The notes beneath the pieces were generated by a model. That model worked only from the letters and a program-made list of their open reading frames with translations, did not search any database and had not been told where the DNA came from. Shown here in pieces: positions 39,686 through 53,490 of a DNA stretch of 64,000 nucleotides. The position numbers and the translations under genes were made by a program. Within the stretch, counting starts at the first letter, position 1. Every line of letters begins with the position of its first letter. The DNA is from Trichoplax adhaerens. Taxonomy: Eukaryota > Animalia > Placozoa. The DNA is taken from contig NW_002060955.1 of the NCBI RefSeq assembly GCF_000150275.1, positions 226,886-290,885 on the forward strand. The letters run 5' to 3'.

Positions 39686-42600
39686 TTATGCTTTAACACC
39701 CGTTACCATAGCTGGTTGTGCGGCTTGCACTGGTTGGCCCATATTGGCAGCATCATAGCCAGGAGGTTGTTGGGGAACTGTCGTTGTAGTTGTTTGCTGA
39801 ATAACGACGGTAGTTTGTGCCGGCTGGACAATAACTGTAGCAGTACCCTATTGGAGAGATAATTTACAAGTTTATTTTAAAATGATTACAACAATTTGAA
39901 ATACTTTCATCATAGATAATACATCTTTAATAATGTAGTTGGATTGCGATTGACTAAAAACAAATAATTAATTATAGATGACATATCATTAATGTTCCTA
40001 AAGGTGCAATCTAAAGCCACAAATTTATAAGAACTGCTTAATGTACGGCAATGATGTTAAATACACCTTTACCGTAACAGAGACACCACCTAAGGTACTT
40101 TCATAATTTATAGATATTTAAAAATAGTGCAATAAAACTAGTTATAGTTATAATAACGACTTATTTGACGATAGCGATAGAACGCTGCGGCAACAAGTAA
40201 ATCAAGATTAATCCTAGAAAAAATAAGATTGTTCCTCCAATGTTATCTTGGAAAATTAAATTATTCTAAAGTAATTTATTTCCCTATGCCCCATGCATAA
40301 CAGCTAATAAGATGACAATCCGTAATATTAATTACATTATTTTAAATTACCTTTATGATAGCTCTGCCAAGTGTCATAAAGCGTATGCATACTGCAAAAT
40401 TTGCGAGAAATATTAACATATAGATGACGGAAAAGATTATTGGGACAAAGTTGTACAAAGGGTTAAGTTGACCAATAGTTTGAAGATAAGTAACGCTGGT
40501 TGAAATGCTGTTGCATCCAAAGCAGAAGGCAATAAATTGTGTAATAAAGCCAACCAATCCAACAAATGTAACGCCTTTGACCTAGTTAGTAAGTAAGTAA
40601 ATTGTTGCATATTTTCTTTATATGTTCTTTCGAAAGAAATTGAATCAACAAAACTAATAAATAAATACTTTCAGTGGCTTAAGAAATATATAATTATAAC
40701 CTTTTTTTAACGATTTAATGATTTATTCAACAACGAATGGTAAAGGCTATAAATCCAGTACCGTAACTAGCAATGAGTAAATAGTTTAGAAATCTAAATT
40801 ATTAATAACAATTTAATTCAAAAAAATATTTTTGGGATGATTTTGGATCTAGACATTTCCTTCAATGTTTGAACTATATCCTGGAGCATAGACTTATTTC
40901 TTTTAAAAAATAGATAGTTTCAACAGCTAGTATTATCCGAACCAATAGTGTTATCAGGACAGTTTTGAGATAGAAACTACTATTAACAAATGTCGTTAAC
41001 AACATTAAGAAGACGTTCTGTATATTTTTCTCTTTCAGTAAAATCTTAATGGATTTAAGGCATAGATTAATTATTGTAATTATCATAGATTAACTATTGT
41101 ATTGTATTAATTATTGATTAATTATTATAGTCATGTAGATGATAATTTACTAGTGATTAAACTTTGATCAATAATTAATTGCAGTAGTGCTATTCCTAGA
41201 ATAGAATCTTTTAGAGAAAATTATGTTGGACCTAAAGAACAGGTAAACACTACCGGTATGGTATCCTGTATCTAATAGTATTGACTGCTATGAAGATAAT
41301 ATCTAGGTAATGCATTTATTAATTATTAATAATAAAATCTTCGTTAAGTATGATGGCAGAAATAATTTATCATTTCCTAGATCCGAAAACTATGCAGATT
41401 AACCAATATATACCAGTATTGAGAATTACTATGTCACTTTCAAGAAGTCGATTTTTATATATAAATTCCTGTCAATCAATGTTTGATCAATAATGCTGTG
41501 ATCTAAATGCTTCTTGCATCTTTTCTTTACAAACACCCTAACTAGAGCTAAAACTTAATTTGAAGACTGCCTAACACTATAATAATACAAACGGTCATCA
41601 TTGCAATTAAATTTATGATAATCACTGCTGTGCTATATATTAGAAGCCATTCTCATTTTAGAATTATATTTAGATAGATAGAATAACAAATTATTAATAT
41701 TTACCGAATTCGATGTTCTTTGGACCGCTGAACCCACAATAATGCCGACAATTCCTACTAAAATTGCCTAAACATCAAGCGATTTTAGAGTCAATATACA
41801 TCATTTTAAACGTTTAATCCCTAATATGTATTCAGATCAATGTCAAGACGTTAATTCGTTCAAAGTTTGGTTCTGTGCTGAAGAAGCATAGAAAAGAAAT
41901 TTTACAATGCACTGATTTTTTAGCAATTGCTATAAAAATTACGTAATTATAATTTATTCTGTTCGCTTTATCCTTAACTCAGTTTGGATAAAGGTTTACC
42001 AAGTAATACGTCAAAAAAAATCCACTTTTAAGCCATACTCCAGTTAACAAATTCGGCTTGATAAAATGTTAGAGCGTATAGAGAGAAGATATAGAACGTG
42101 CTCGTACTTGTAGATTAAGCTCTTTTAATGGTTGATCGATGGCAAAGAGATTTATGATTAGCCATTTTACCAGTACTTTCATTGAAATGGCATATCCAAT
42201 TCTCACGCGACATTAAGTAAAATTGCCTTAGATCTCGAATTTACTAATATACCCGTATAGAGTAGTTTAAAAGCATCAGAATCGAAGAGCGCTAATAATC
42301 AATACGTATCTATTCTCAATCATGATAACATTTAGCTACGGTTAAGGCCTTAAACTAAATTCTAATGGTTTTCAAAGAAAATTTTTTTGCTTTCTAATTT
42401 CTAGGTAGTGTTTATTTATAATTAACGCTCTTTGCGAAGCTTTTGTGAAAAATCATATATAGTAAACTAATTTACTGCGACTACTACTAGAACGCTGCAG
42501 ATATCAGTCATTGATTTAGAATAAGTGAGAAGACGGATAAGATAGGCTGACCTCTAGCTAATTCTAAAAGCTATAAATATGTTTGATATTAGCACCATTC

Positions 42601-43672
42601 TTTCACACATATTGTGGTAACTTTTAGCATCAATATGGCGTACAAACTACATGCTCTAGTATCGCTTTCTATCACCTTCGAAAGTCACTGTAATTTGTGT
42701 AATTGCAGTACGAGTTCTTTCCAACACACGTATTTGATCTAATCCTGCCGCTTTACGATTATCATAACGCCTGTTTTTATCAGGTAATGCCGCTTACATT
42801 TTGTTGCTATGGCTGAATTCAAGTATTACTAACATGTTCAATACAAAATCTTTTAAAATTAGTTTCAAATTAAGATTTGAAACATAAAGTGCACTTGTAG
42901 AACCAGCTATTTTCCCCAGTAAAAAATAATAATTAATGAACGTAATATCAATATTTGCGGTTTCTCGTTTAATAGATTCCATCCAGAAGAAAGAAGCACT
43001 GATTGATCATATTGAATTTTCATAACCATTAATTCAATGTCGAAGAAACTTCTATAAATTACAACTAACAACTCACTGCTTAATAGGGACAAATATAGAA
43101 AATGATTAGGCTACTTCAGATATAAAATTAAATTTTTCTCTGACTTTGATTACATTGAAAGATATTGTCGTGTATGGGCATAATCATCTTGCTATCTCCC
43201 TATTTTTCATTAACCAATCTTACAAGGAAAAAATCTTATAGAGAATTTACAATATAATTCATTGGACAAGCAAACAAACTGACAAACAAACAATTTATTC
43301 TATAAAAGGGCTAGATAGTTTGTTTTCTCTTGAACATCATTTCAAACAGTTCTATGAATCCATTCAGGAAATAGGTCAGATTTTATTTCAATCACTCACT
43401 AATTGTTCTATCGACAGAAATAGCAAAGGGGAACGAGCCCCGATTTATAAGAAACACCAAGATTTAGAATGGCAAATATTACTTACAAAAACGCCTCCCC
43501 ATACTGGATAATGATAAATTACAGTTTGTGTGCCAGCGTATACAACAGAAGCCAAGATTGGATTGGAACCAATACCGTAATGAAGAGCAATAGTAACGAT
43601 GCCCGATATGATTAATTCTATTCCCATATGAGTGAAAGCGATGGTGGAATAAGCTGCAACTACTGCACTCAT
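39686..43672 (-). CDS. MS4A/CD20-like four-transmembrane protein with C-terminal PPGY; exons 43672-43487, 41767-41705, 40581-40351, 39847-39686; ~213 aa
   Basis: All introns are phase-0 GT-AG and give a 642-nt open CDS. Four hydrophobic segments; TM2 reads HYPVWGGVF|AILVGIVGII, matching the YPxWGG..F...G signature of the CD20/MS4A family. The Q/T/P-rich tail contains QQPPGYD. Confidence 0.8.
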
Positions 43673-45129
43673 TTTGTCTTTAATCTCGATGTAGATTTTA
43701 AAAAGAAAATAAAAGGAGAGAATCTAGTCACTAATTCAACAAGTTGAAAGTAATGGAGAGTAATAGCGAGGATTTATCAATCAATGGAATAAAATTCTTT
43801 TTTCTCTATCCTAAATAATTTACAGTAACGTAGTAAGATATAGTTATGATGTTGCTACTGTCGCTTATATCCGTCTTTTAGTGTTGCTATGTACTTTATA
43901 ACATTAGTTATTTCTATGGCGGTTTTACTCAGCATTGATTGTCTATGAAATACATTTAACAACATCATGCCCTGCAGGGAAAGTTATTTTTAGCATAGAG
44001 AAGGACCATCAGAAAACCTCCATATCACTATCAGAATTACAGTCGAATTGATTATAAAGGTCGGTGTTATTAACGATAATAACAGTCTTAATTCAGATGG
44101 TCCATAAAGATAAATCAATTTCTTTATCTTCATTATCAATATACATACTCGATAAGACACAGTAACATCTTTCTTCTTATTATTCAATAACTGCTAGTGC
44201 CCTTTCTTTGTGTAAGAACATAATTTAATTACTATCGAACTAGAATTAACAATAACAATTAATAATTATAATGAGACACAATTACCTTGTCATTAAACTA
44301 CCTGTTAACATATACTGTACTAGTTCCTATGATAGTATTCCTATCCAATCCCTATATGAAAGTATCTGACGTAATCGAATTACTTGGATAATCCTCTATG
44401 AATAGCTTTGCATTTCTTCAATCAAAACATGATAAAGGCTGATTTTATTACGTATCAGTTGCTATAGGAACCCTAGGAGAAAGCTATAATTTGGCGTGTC
44501 ATGACCGATTTGCATATACTTCCTACAGTGAAACTATAGGATAGGATAAAAATTCATGAGTTCAAGGTTTTAATCTTAGTAAGATAAATCACGCATTAAT
44601 CACGGCATAATTTAGTGGTTAAAAGTAGATCAAGAAGAATTGATTGAATACACTTGCCCTAACATCCGCTATTATAAACTTTAATTCTAATTTCAACATT
44701 CTTGCAATAATAACATCTTCTGAAAGATGTCTTAAATATTTTGATTAAACATAAGGCTTTTCCTTGTTCAACTAGATAGACTGAGTACGTATAAACTAGT
44801 ATTAAGTACTTAGAATTTCAACAATATTCCATTATTTTCAAGCACAATAATATTGTTGGAAGCTTTTAGCTAATGATGATACTTTTCGACTTTTCCTACC
44901 GTATTAATTTATCGTATGCTAATATTCAATTAAATTACTGTGAAATTTCGAGATTCTTCCTACATTATCAAGCACAAGAATTATCAGAGTTTATTGATGA
45001 TTTTACTTATCTTACTCAATCCTTTCACGATGAACGAACAAACCAAATATATTATATTAATAGGTTTATTTAGAATTCAAATACTTTAAGAATATCATTA
45101 TGAATAAGAATTAAGCCAAAATAGTTTTA

Positions 45130-46215
45130 AAAACATTACTTTTATTTATTCCATCCAATCCTTTAAGGATAATATGATGGAATGAATAGACCAAACAAAT
45201 GCCATTAATAAGTTTAAAGCAATTTCAATATCTTTTCAATCTTTTACTAATTCTACTCAATCCTGCATAATGAATAAACGAAATACTATATGTGTGCTAT
45301 TATGACGTTTTACCAGGATTTCAATATCGTTTCAAATCTTTTCACTATCATCGGGTTTAAAAATACTTCAGAATATTGTTATTAAAGATAAAATTGTCAA
45401 TGGAAGCATATGCAAAGCAGATACATTTTGTTTATCTTAAGCTATATGATACGGATCTCATTACAATATATCATTACTTCTTCACCAAATAATATTCAAA
45501 TCTCTAAAGCAACCTAGAGTAGATTCTATGCCACTTACTATTTTAAGTGAGTCTAAAATAATAATATTTGCTCTGGAAATCCTCTCATTGATCATAATTT
45601 ATAATATTACGATCCATAAATTACGACGTTATAATTACTTCACAATTACTATTCTTGCAAATAAATTCGATCATTAAATCCTTATAACTACTCTATCAAT
45701 GAAATATCAAGCTAATTTACCTTCAAAATCTACGTGGATATTAAAATGTATTTAATTGTATAGTTTTAAAAGCTTCAAATCTATCAATAACTCTAACTCA
45801 CCAGATTAAATTGCTACCTGTAGCAAAATCAAACTGAATGAATATCAATACTCTATATTGCTACTTTATGTAATATCCATTCATGAAATTGAACATACGG
45901 ACTCAGTACAATCACATAGCATCAAGTGTAGACAAAATTTAGCGTAAAGCAAAAACTATTTACCCCCATTGGATCTAAAGCTACATATGTAATTGTAGAT
46001 ATATTCGTAAACTTATAGCCTTACGGCGGAAGACAGTAGTTACTGACATATGTAAAAGCGTATCCTATCTAAAATAGTGTTTGCAAAGTGCAACACCATA
46101 AATACCGTATGTGATGACCATAGCTTTAGGAATTTGCATTCTGATGATTGTAATAATTTGGGTCATCACATCAGCAAAGAATTACGCAAGATTATAGAGG
46201 AAATAACCATCTTTA
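45130..46215 (-). pseudogene. Probable decayed rhodopsin-class (family A) GPCR
   Basis: In order on the minus strand: YFLYNLA*FFADV (TM2-like), GVALCK...HMSVTT...AISLRIYL (TM3/ERY-like), VYT*CYVIVLSPY (TM4, stop at the expected Trp), IYCNE (ECL2 Cys), HMLPLTILSL (TM5). Multiple stops and frameshifts; alignment by eye only. Confidence 0.5.
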
Positions 46216-46675
46216 TTGCAATTAATATTAATGAAAAATCAAGAGTAAGGTTTCAGCATGAAAACAGTATAATATATTCTGATAGCTATAGTAAGATAGG
46301 ATAGATTGATCATGCAAGTTCACGTGCATTTAAGTGAATGAACTACATAGATAATTGTAACACCACTTTATAATACGTTTAGGATTATTCACATACTAGA
46401 ATGTATAATACCACCGCTACCAATGACAATTTTAGATGCCGTTTAAGAAAAATATGAAAATCACACTGCACGATTACTAGATCTATTTGCCAATTTCACC
46501 TTTTAATTACTCTCAGTTAGGCTTTACTACTTTCGTCTTGGTGCTATTACAGTAAAGTCCTAGATCCAAAATAATCTAAATTGTACGTTTTGATTATGGG
46601 CTACGTTCAAAGTAATATTCGTTTCTTACTTTGCATTTTGTAAACCACTGTTACAGCTATTGAAGTCTATCTACA

Positions 46676-46768
46676 TTACTTAAGATCCATAGATACAGCG
46701 TAATTTCGTCCAGTATTTTGTTGGATAATGACTGCAGCGTTAGCTGGAGCCACCACAGTGTCACAGGT
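46676..46768 (-). other. Orphan exon-like segment resembling the last exon of the MS4A-like gene
   Basis: Acceptor tttataaacag| is followed by TCDTVVAPANAAVIIQQNTGRNYAVSMDLK*, compared with GTATVIVQPAQTTVVIQQTT at 39847. Upstream exons were not found. Confidence 0.4.
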
Positions 46769-49700
46769 CTGTTTATAAAAGAAATAAAAACTCATATTAT
46801 TCCATGCTAAATACAAATCTTTTCCTATTAGCTGTAAAGGATGTCAAAATAATTACTATTTGTGGAAGTCATTAGTGAATTTCGAAGGATTGTAATAGGT
46901 CCTAAAAATTTATGCTTGACGAATGATAAAAAATGAATATAACACTTTGTCCATCGATCAATACAGGCACACAGTGTATCAGTTTAGTGTTAACGTATTT
47001 TAAAATCTAATAGGTCCGAAATAGGTTTTGATAAGTAGCGCAAGTTTAATGCTAATACTGCAAGCTCTCAAGAGCGACGGTTCGTTCCATTCTTGACTAC
47101 AGTTTTAAAAATGATTAATTATTCTGGTTTATATTTTCTTTCCAATTCGTATTGTAAAGATAAAATCGTTAGTTAGCAAGTGCAGCCAAAAACTCTTACC
47201 GCAATCTAGTTTTTTATAGCAACATTTCTCGATGCCTAAAATAATTTAATTCGTTGATGTCGTAATTTAATACCCTAATTACTATTCTAATTTAAGCCAA
47301 CTGTTAATTTACTCCTTGCGGCTAAGATCAGAATTAATTCCATATGTGGTAAGTTAATTTAGGTTTATCAATGATGGTATTATAAATTTAAGTAAAGCCA
47401 AAATCATAGCTAAAATTATAAGATTATACAAGAATAGTTTAACTTAAATATTAGATTACAAGATTACGTTAGTATCTACCAGTAGAAGACAATTATAATA
47501 TGTATTGTAGTAATTCTACTAAGATGTTCATATTAAGATTCCGAGGCATAAGTAGATTAACTAAATACGTAATGTAAAATTTGTATTGCGATACTTTAAT
47601 TTAAAAAGCAAGTTATGAACAGATCGCATGATAGTAAATATGCAATTAATCTTGTAGCTTGCTTGGCAAGATAGGATAGTACTGTTAAAAAGAATCAACA
47701 CGTTACTAGCTCTTTATAAATGATGAATTTGGCTGTAATAATTTAGTTAGTCTGATAGCAGCTAGTTATCCTTGGTATTTGTATGATAAACCTAACTTAT
47801 GTAATAATATGAAGTTTAAAAGAAATTATGGTTCTTGTTTTATTATTTTGAAACACTTTATCACAAACTTTAATGCTGATTTTATCTACTGTATTTCTTA
47901 CGGCTATAACGTATTGTTTCAGTTGTCGATAGTTGCAGCTTCAATCTTAGTTTCCAACATTGCTTGGATATACGATAAGCGTATATTAAAATAATTTTAT
48001 AGTTTATAATCATGGTCGTTCATTTTAACTATCATCCAATATTGTCAAAATATCTTATATTTTATAGCATAAGATTTAGTGTTAAAATATAGAATATTAC
48101 AGAATAAAATAAAATAAATTGAAATTATCCATTTTTATATCATTAATATTCTAATCACTTATTTCTCGCAATTATATATTGCCCTATTTAAGCTGATCAC
48201 TTCTAGAACCACTACCAGCAACATACTACTACTTAAGTCGAATTTATGAATAAGATAAAGTTTATCATGAATTTAAGTAACATTTAGAACACGGCTTCTG
48301 ATACAATTTTGGTCAGGTTTGTGTCTATTTTCTTTCGTTAAGTATCACTTCCTTGGCACTTTATTTATCTACCTCATCTACATACGAGTTTAGTAAAGAT
48401 CCATATTCCTTGCTCGTATTATAATTATCAATTAAAACTTTGCCTTCAGATAGGTATAGAATATGCTCCTGTAGCAGAGTATAGTTTTAAAAATTTGCTA
48501 CAATTGATTTTTTCGAAATACTTTAGCCTTAAATACGACAATCTAGCCAACTTACGAAAGCTATGATCCTTACCATGGTCTTTACGAAATAATTCATGCT
48601 AACATGGATCTCTGTATCCAGTAGGAATTCATCTTTTTCAGAAATAAAGATTTGGCTATGATTGTTATTCTAATCATAAGCCTGAATAATATTTTTGCAT
48701 CTGGATATGTACTTAGTAGGGTGGGATAGTATATATACATTTACTGCCTAAGATTAATATTTATATTAGTGGTAACTCAGTGTGTTACTTACAGTGCTGT
48801 ACTATATGAAATAAAGAATCAAATGATCATTCATATTCCCTTTGTTATCCTAATCTTAACTTGCTTACCGGTAACTCCATCAATTAATATTGGCTAGAAG
48901 GGCCTTTAACTGCTACTACAAATGATATGTTACAAATTTTTTATGAATATAAGCCATATTCATACCGAATTATGTCCTCATTTCATCTCCAATTTATACA
49001 ACGGAAGTTCCTTTCAATCTTTATGTTTTACCCTTTTCTAAAAACAGCCACTATCTAAGATCTATATAGGAGTTTTTACTCGTCTGAAATTCATTCTACC
49101 TGAAGCACTTTATCGTAAGTCAACGTATAATAAAGTTATTTATTCTACGTTGAAGATATAGCAGTCTATGTTTTACAGAAAGACTTATGATTTCATAATA
49201 TATAACGATATAGTATAGACACGAATTCTTCGAAATTCTATGAAGTTATAAAAGTTCAGCCACAGAATATGTAATTTTGCCTAGTAGTATGAACTAGAAC
49301 TAAAAGCATCAATCAATCAATCTGCAAGGACAATTACTGTTCTTCCGCAATATTAAGCAAATAATTTTTAATTCTAATTTTAAAGACAGCTAATAGAAAT
49401 CCACTTTCTTATCTAAACAAGCACTTTTATAAAATAATTAAACTATTCAATCTATTACAAAAGTTTAATTTTAATTCATGACGTATCATTATACCGGATG
49501 AAGTAACATTAAACACAGAATAAAATCAAACAAGATTGATATGGTATTCTTTTCTATATGAAGTATATTCTATTATTAATATAAATCAATTTCTACTACA
49601 CTGTAGCCTAATTTCACATACCTATTATCTATATTTAATAATTTACTTTGTAGAATTGTATTTACATTCTAGTTTGAGTATAATGTAAAAATACTCCAAC

Positions 49701-50349
49701 ATAGACATAAGTTTTTTTAATCACTCTTTCAATTTTATAACTAATTCTCTCTTGATGCGCTTTCTATATAGTAAAATAAATTATTATCATAGATCTTGAT
49801 AATTAATTCTACTAGCTGCGCGGTAAGCTTATACACATTACCTCTTCTACTTTACTATAGCTACTTAACCAGTTCATGTTGTTTATAAACGTAGTTATCG
49901 AACACAACTTCTTCAAACTTTAACTGCAATAAAATGTCATTATTTTGTTGTATAAGTCCGATGTAGTTTTTCGTTATGGTAACGGACTCTCAATTTTCCG
50001 AAATACTAAAACTGAATGACCATTTTCTTCCAATTTAAATCTTATTCATTTTAATGTAATTATAAGTACCATTAATTAAGATTAATCTCTTTCACCTTGG
50101 TACCGATAATTAATGTCGATAGATTTAACTAAATTAGCTACTAGTAATCATGAACATATTAAGATATATTCACATTTCCGAACATTTAAGTATAACCCTT
50201 AGTGTCTATTTCTCGGTTAATCACGTATTTGCCGGAGCAGAATATTAGCCTAGTATTATGTACCTATTGAATATTTTAAAAAAGATATTTCTATATTAAG
50301 CCTAAAGTGTTATCTCTTAGGTGATAAAGAATATTTTAAACAAAAATCA

Positions 50350-50880
50350 AGGAAAAGCTATTAATTGCTTTCGCAGAAATTTTAATCCACAATATTTAAA
50401 CATGCCTTGCATTCAACTAATATGGATTACAATACCTGATATGAACAGCTACTGGGAGCATCGATGTAGATAAGTTATAAGCAGCAAATAATGTATAGAA
50501 TGTTAGTTTTTCAATATCTTAAGAGATGAAAGCTTCCATTGTAACCGAAATCATAGATATCTGTTTTCTTCGACTAGAAATACCTTTCGTTAATTAGGAC
50601 GTCTCATCATTGCATAAAACAGGTATAGTGAATTTCAGAACTCTCCACTTCATATGCCGGCTGATACGCTGAACTCAAGATCAATCCAAATATCTTTTAT
50701 CTATGGAGTGGAAATTAGACTTGTTTATAATAACTTAGTAAATACAAAGGTTAACTTAGTAAATACAAAGGTGAACTTGTAGAAACCACTTTGGCTATTG
50801 TTATTATTGTCAGGAGCAAAGCGATAAATAAAGTATTAGAAACGATGAATATACATAGTAATAAATATCTGTTCTATCTC
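50350..50880 (-). pseudogene. Possible GPCR remnant (TM5-TM7/helix 8 region)
   Basis: In order: TLFIALLLTIITIAKVV, RRKQISMISVTMEAFIS*, HIRYCNPY, IVD*NFCES; broken by stops. Weak because AT-rich DNA readily yields hydrophobic translations. Confidence 0.25.
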
Positions 50881-52214
50881 CTAAACTGTATTAGAAAATA
50901 GAGTAATTATTAGACTTAATGGTCAGCTGATGATATTTTTTTGTATTTATCGCTGCTTAGTATCAATCTAACTTCAAATATTAGCAACTACAGTAATTAT
51001 TGTTGTTTTTGAGATATGGAAAATAAAGAAATCACCAACGGCTTTAGATTCAATTAAAAAGAAAAATTGTTAATCTATTGTAACACTACAATATAATTTT
51101 AATTACAATCTTAGGTATATTGATAAAATACGTATCTGTTATCTTCGGCTCGATTCGCGAGCAGTAGAGTAAAATAATTCATCTATATTAGCATTTAGGA
51201 AAAACATTTACTTTCATACTCTATTGTTTAATAATTAAAAATCAAGAAAGATGTAAGTAACATCTCCGAATTCTTGAATCATTCCAATAATTATTTAGTG
51301 GTAACTTACTCTAATCTAGCGCTAATTTATTTATTGCTATAACTATGAAATGTTCCATATCTTTCAGATATTTACGCTACTATCCATCTGAAATATGGCA
51401 AAGATATTAGTTCATTTTTTTATGATTCAAACTTTAAGAAATACATTTCAATTTTATTTGTAATCATGAATATCTTTCTTTAGCAAGACACACAAGTGCA
51501 AGTTTAATTAGTCTACTTATCTAATATGTAGGAAAGCTTGCTAAATTTTACATCAAATTTATTAATGACATCATATTTTATTCATAATTATAACTATAAA
51601 TATTAGTTTCTTCAGTTAGACGGCATTAAATAGGGTAAAATAATTATAATTTATCTATTCCATATACGGAAAGGAAATTTCAAATTTTTTATCATAGTAT
51701 AAAATTTATCGACCTGATACACAGAAACGGTATTTTACATTTCATGATTCAACCATTTTCTTCTTAAGATGTAATATTTACAAAAAAACATCAAAAAAAT
51801 AATATAACTTATGCAACTTTAATTTTATTTATAATTATATATTACCAACGTAGCTACAACTACCGGCACTAAGTATAGCATTGTTGAGCAACTTTTTCGT
51901 TGAGAACTATCGGTAACTACATTTTCTAGAATCAATCTCCACTGGACATTTAAGTTACAAAGTTTAACTATAATTCATGAGCTATATAGCTAGAAATATT
52001 CGCTCTTTAACTAGATCTAAATTTAGTGTCGTAAAAATGTAAAAATAATTTATCTGACTGCTGTAGTGCATGAGAAAGATGCATATTTGCATTGTGCAAT
52101 ATTTAATGATGAAAAAGAGAACATTATAATATGCAACTTTTGTAGGATTCGTTCGCTGTTTATAATTACTTTATGCTATCTTATATTCGATTGCAATTAA
52201 CTGCGTTGATTCTT

Positions 52215-53490
52215 AGATTTATAGCCTTATTGGTAGCTTTGACACTTTTAAACTACCAACTGTGATGGATTCTAGCTCATTTTTAAATCATCTCTACATA
52301 TGACTTTCTAATTTATTTTCGCCGACGAATATTTTCTATATTCGGTAGGGACAGCATTCATTATAATAGGTAGAGTTATACATTCAGTCCTAGGGGAAAG
52401 ATTTTTCATCATTTAATTATTTACAATTATAATATTTATTAAATAAAATAAAAAGTTCGAAATGTATTTTTCTTGTTACACTCACTAAAGTATTTAAATA
52501 CTGCTTCCGATTCAATGGTATACACGAATGAGTCTTCTATCCAATTGGATAGAAACCTCTTCATTGTGAAAAGAAACAGCTTGCATAACTTTACATTTTG
52601 TTATACTATACTTAAAGCACTAATATAGCCTGTTAAAGCCCTAAATTCGTAAATTCTTGCTCTTAATTCGTACATTAACAGGCTATTATAATTATGCATA
52701 ACAGCAGGGATCGAGATTTACCGAAATCGTATAAAGTAAGAAAGCTAGCTTTCGCGTATCCACAAATCAACATATGCAAAACTCTAATATATGATTTAAA
52801 AATAGCTTAGCAGACGCACATGATTAACAGAAGGTTAATGTATTCAATTTGAAGCTTTCTTGTAAATATGACGCCTAACTGATGGACGTACCGCTGAACG
52901 AAAATAGGAAGTTTATACTTTGGATGTTTACTCTGGTAATGATCCTTTTACCTAACTTAGGTTGTATTATTGCACGTTACAGCCTAAATTCCCTGACTTA
53001 TCCAATCTTCCAGAAATTTTAATCTTATTTATCATTATTTAGCGGTAACTTATTTATCGTCAAGAACTTGGAAATGGATTAACAACTCTCATAGCGCTCA
53101 CTATAGTCAAAATTTTCGTCCATCTTTGACCGATACTAGGCTTTATTCCTATTTTCTGAATAGGTATTTTCCAGTATTGAATCTGTTAACTGTAACTCCA
53201 TTTAAGAAACCAAATAATATTGATGTAGATAAGCTGGAAATAATTGTACGCAAATGGCTTATTCTACGTGACAACATAGTTATAACAAAGACATCTTGCC
53301 CCCTGTTTGTTAACAAACACAATCAATAATGAATTCTGTGACGCCAACTGGTATTGATGCAATGTGTTATTTCTATATTTTTTTCTTACTCCACCTATTG
53401 TTGACAGCATGGAGATAACAAGATTGAAAATGAAATAATAAAATAGCCAATCAACATGATGTGGTTATTGTTCGGCCTGTAATGATCACT
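52215..53490 (+). pseudogene. Possible decayed rhodopsin-class GPCR
   Basis: Frameshifted pieces in the expected order: FIALLVALTLLN, FAD, LCITAGIEIYR (ERY-like), FILWMFTLVMILLPNLGCIIARYSL (TM5-like), IVRKWLIL...LPLFV (TM6-like), PPIV.S/DNKIENEII (TM7/helix 8-like). Confidence 0.35.

Noticed and set aside
42600-42890. GPCR-like fragments (KVTVICVIAVRVLS; AYILLLWLNSSI...KSFKISFK) antisense in intron 1 of the MS4A-like gene
   Set aside because: The TM4-like and TM7-like pieces are too close together and the NPxxY motif is absent; not supportable without an HMM search.
44320-44550. Possible MITE with cctat/atagg motifs
   Set aside because: No clean terminal inverted repeats or target-site duplication could be defined.
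47200-47236. Micro-exon candidate (IEKCCYKKLDC) upstream of the orphan exon
   Set aside because: Its phase is incompatible with the 46768 exon; joining gives an immediate stop.
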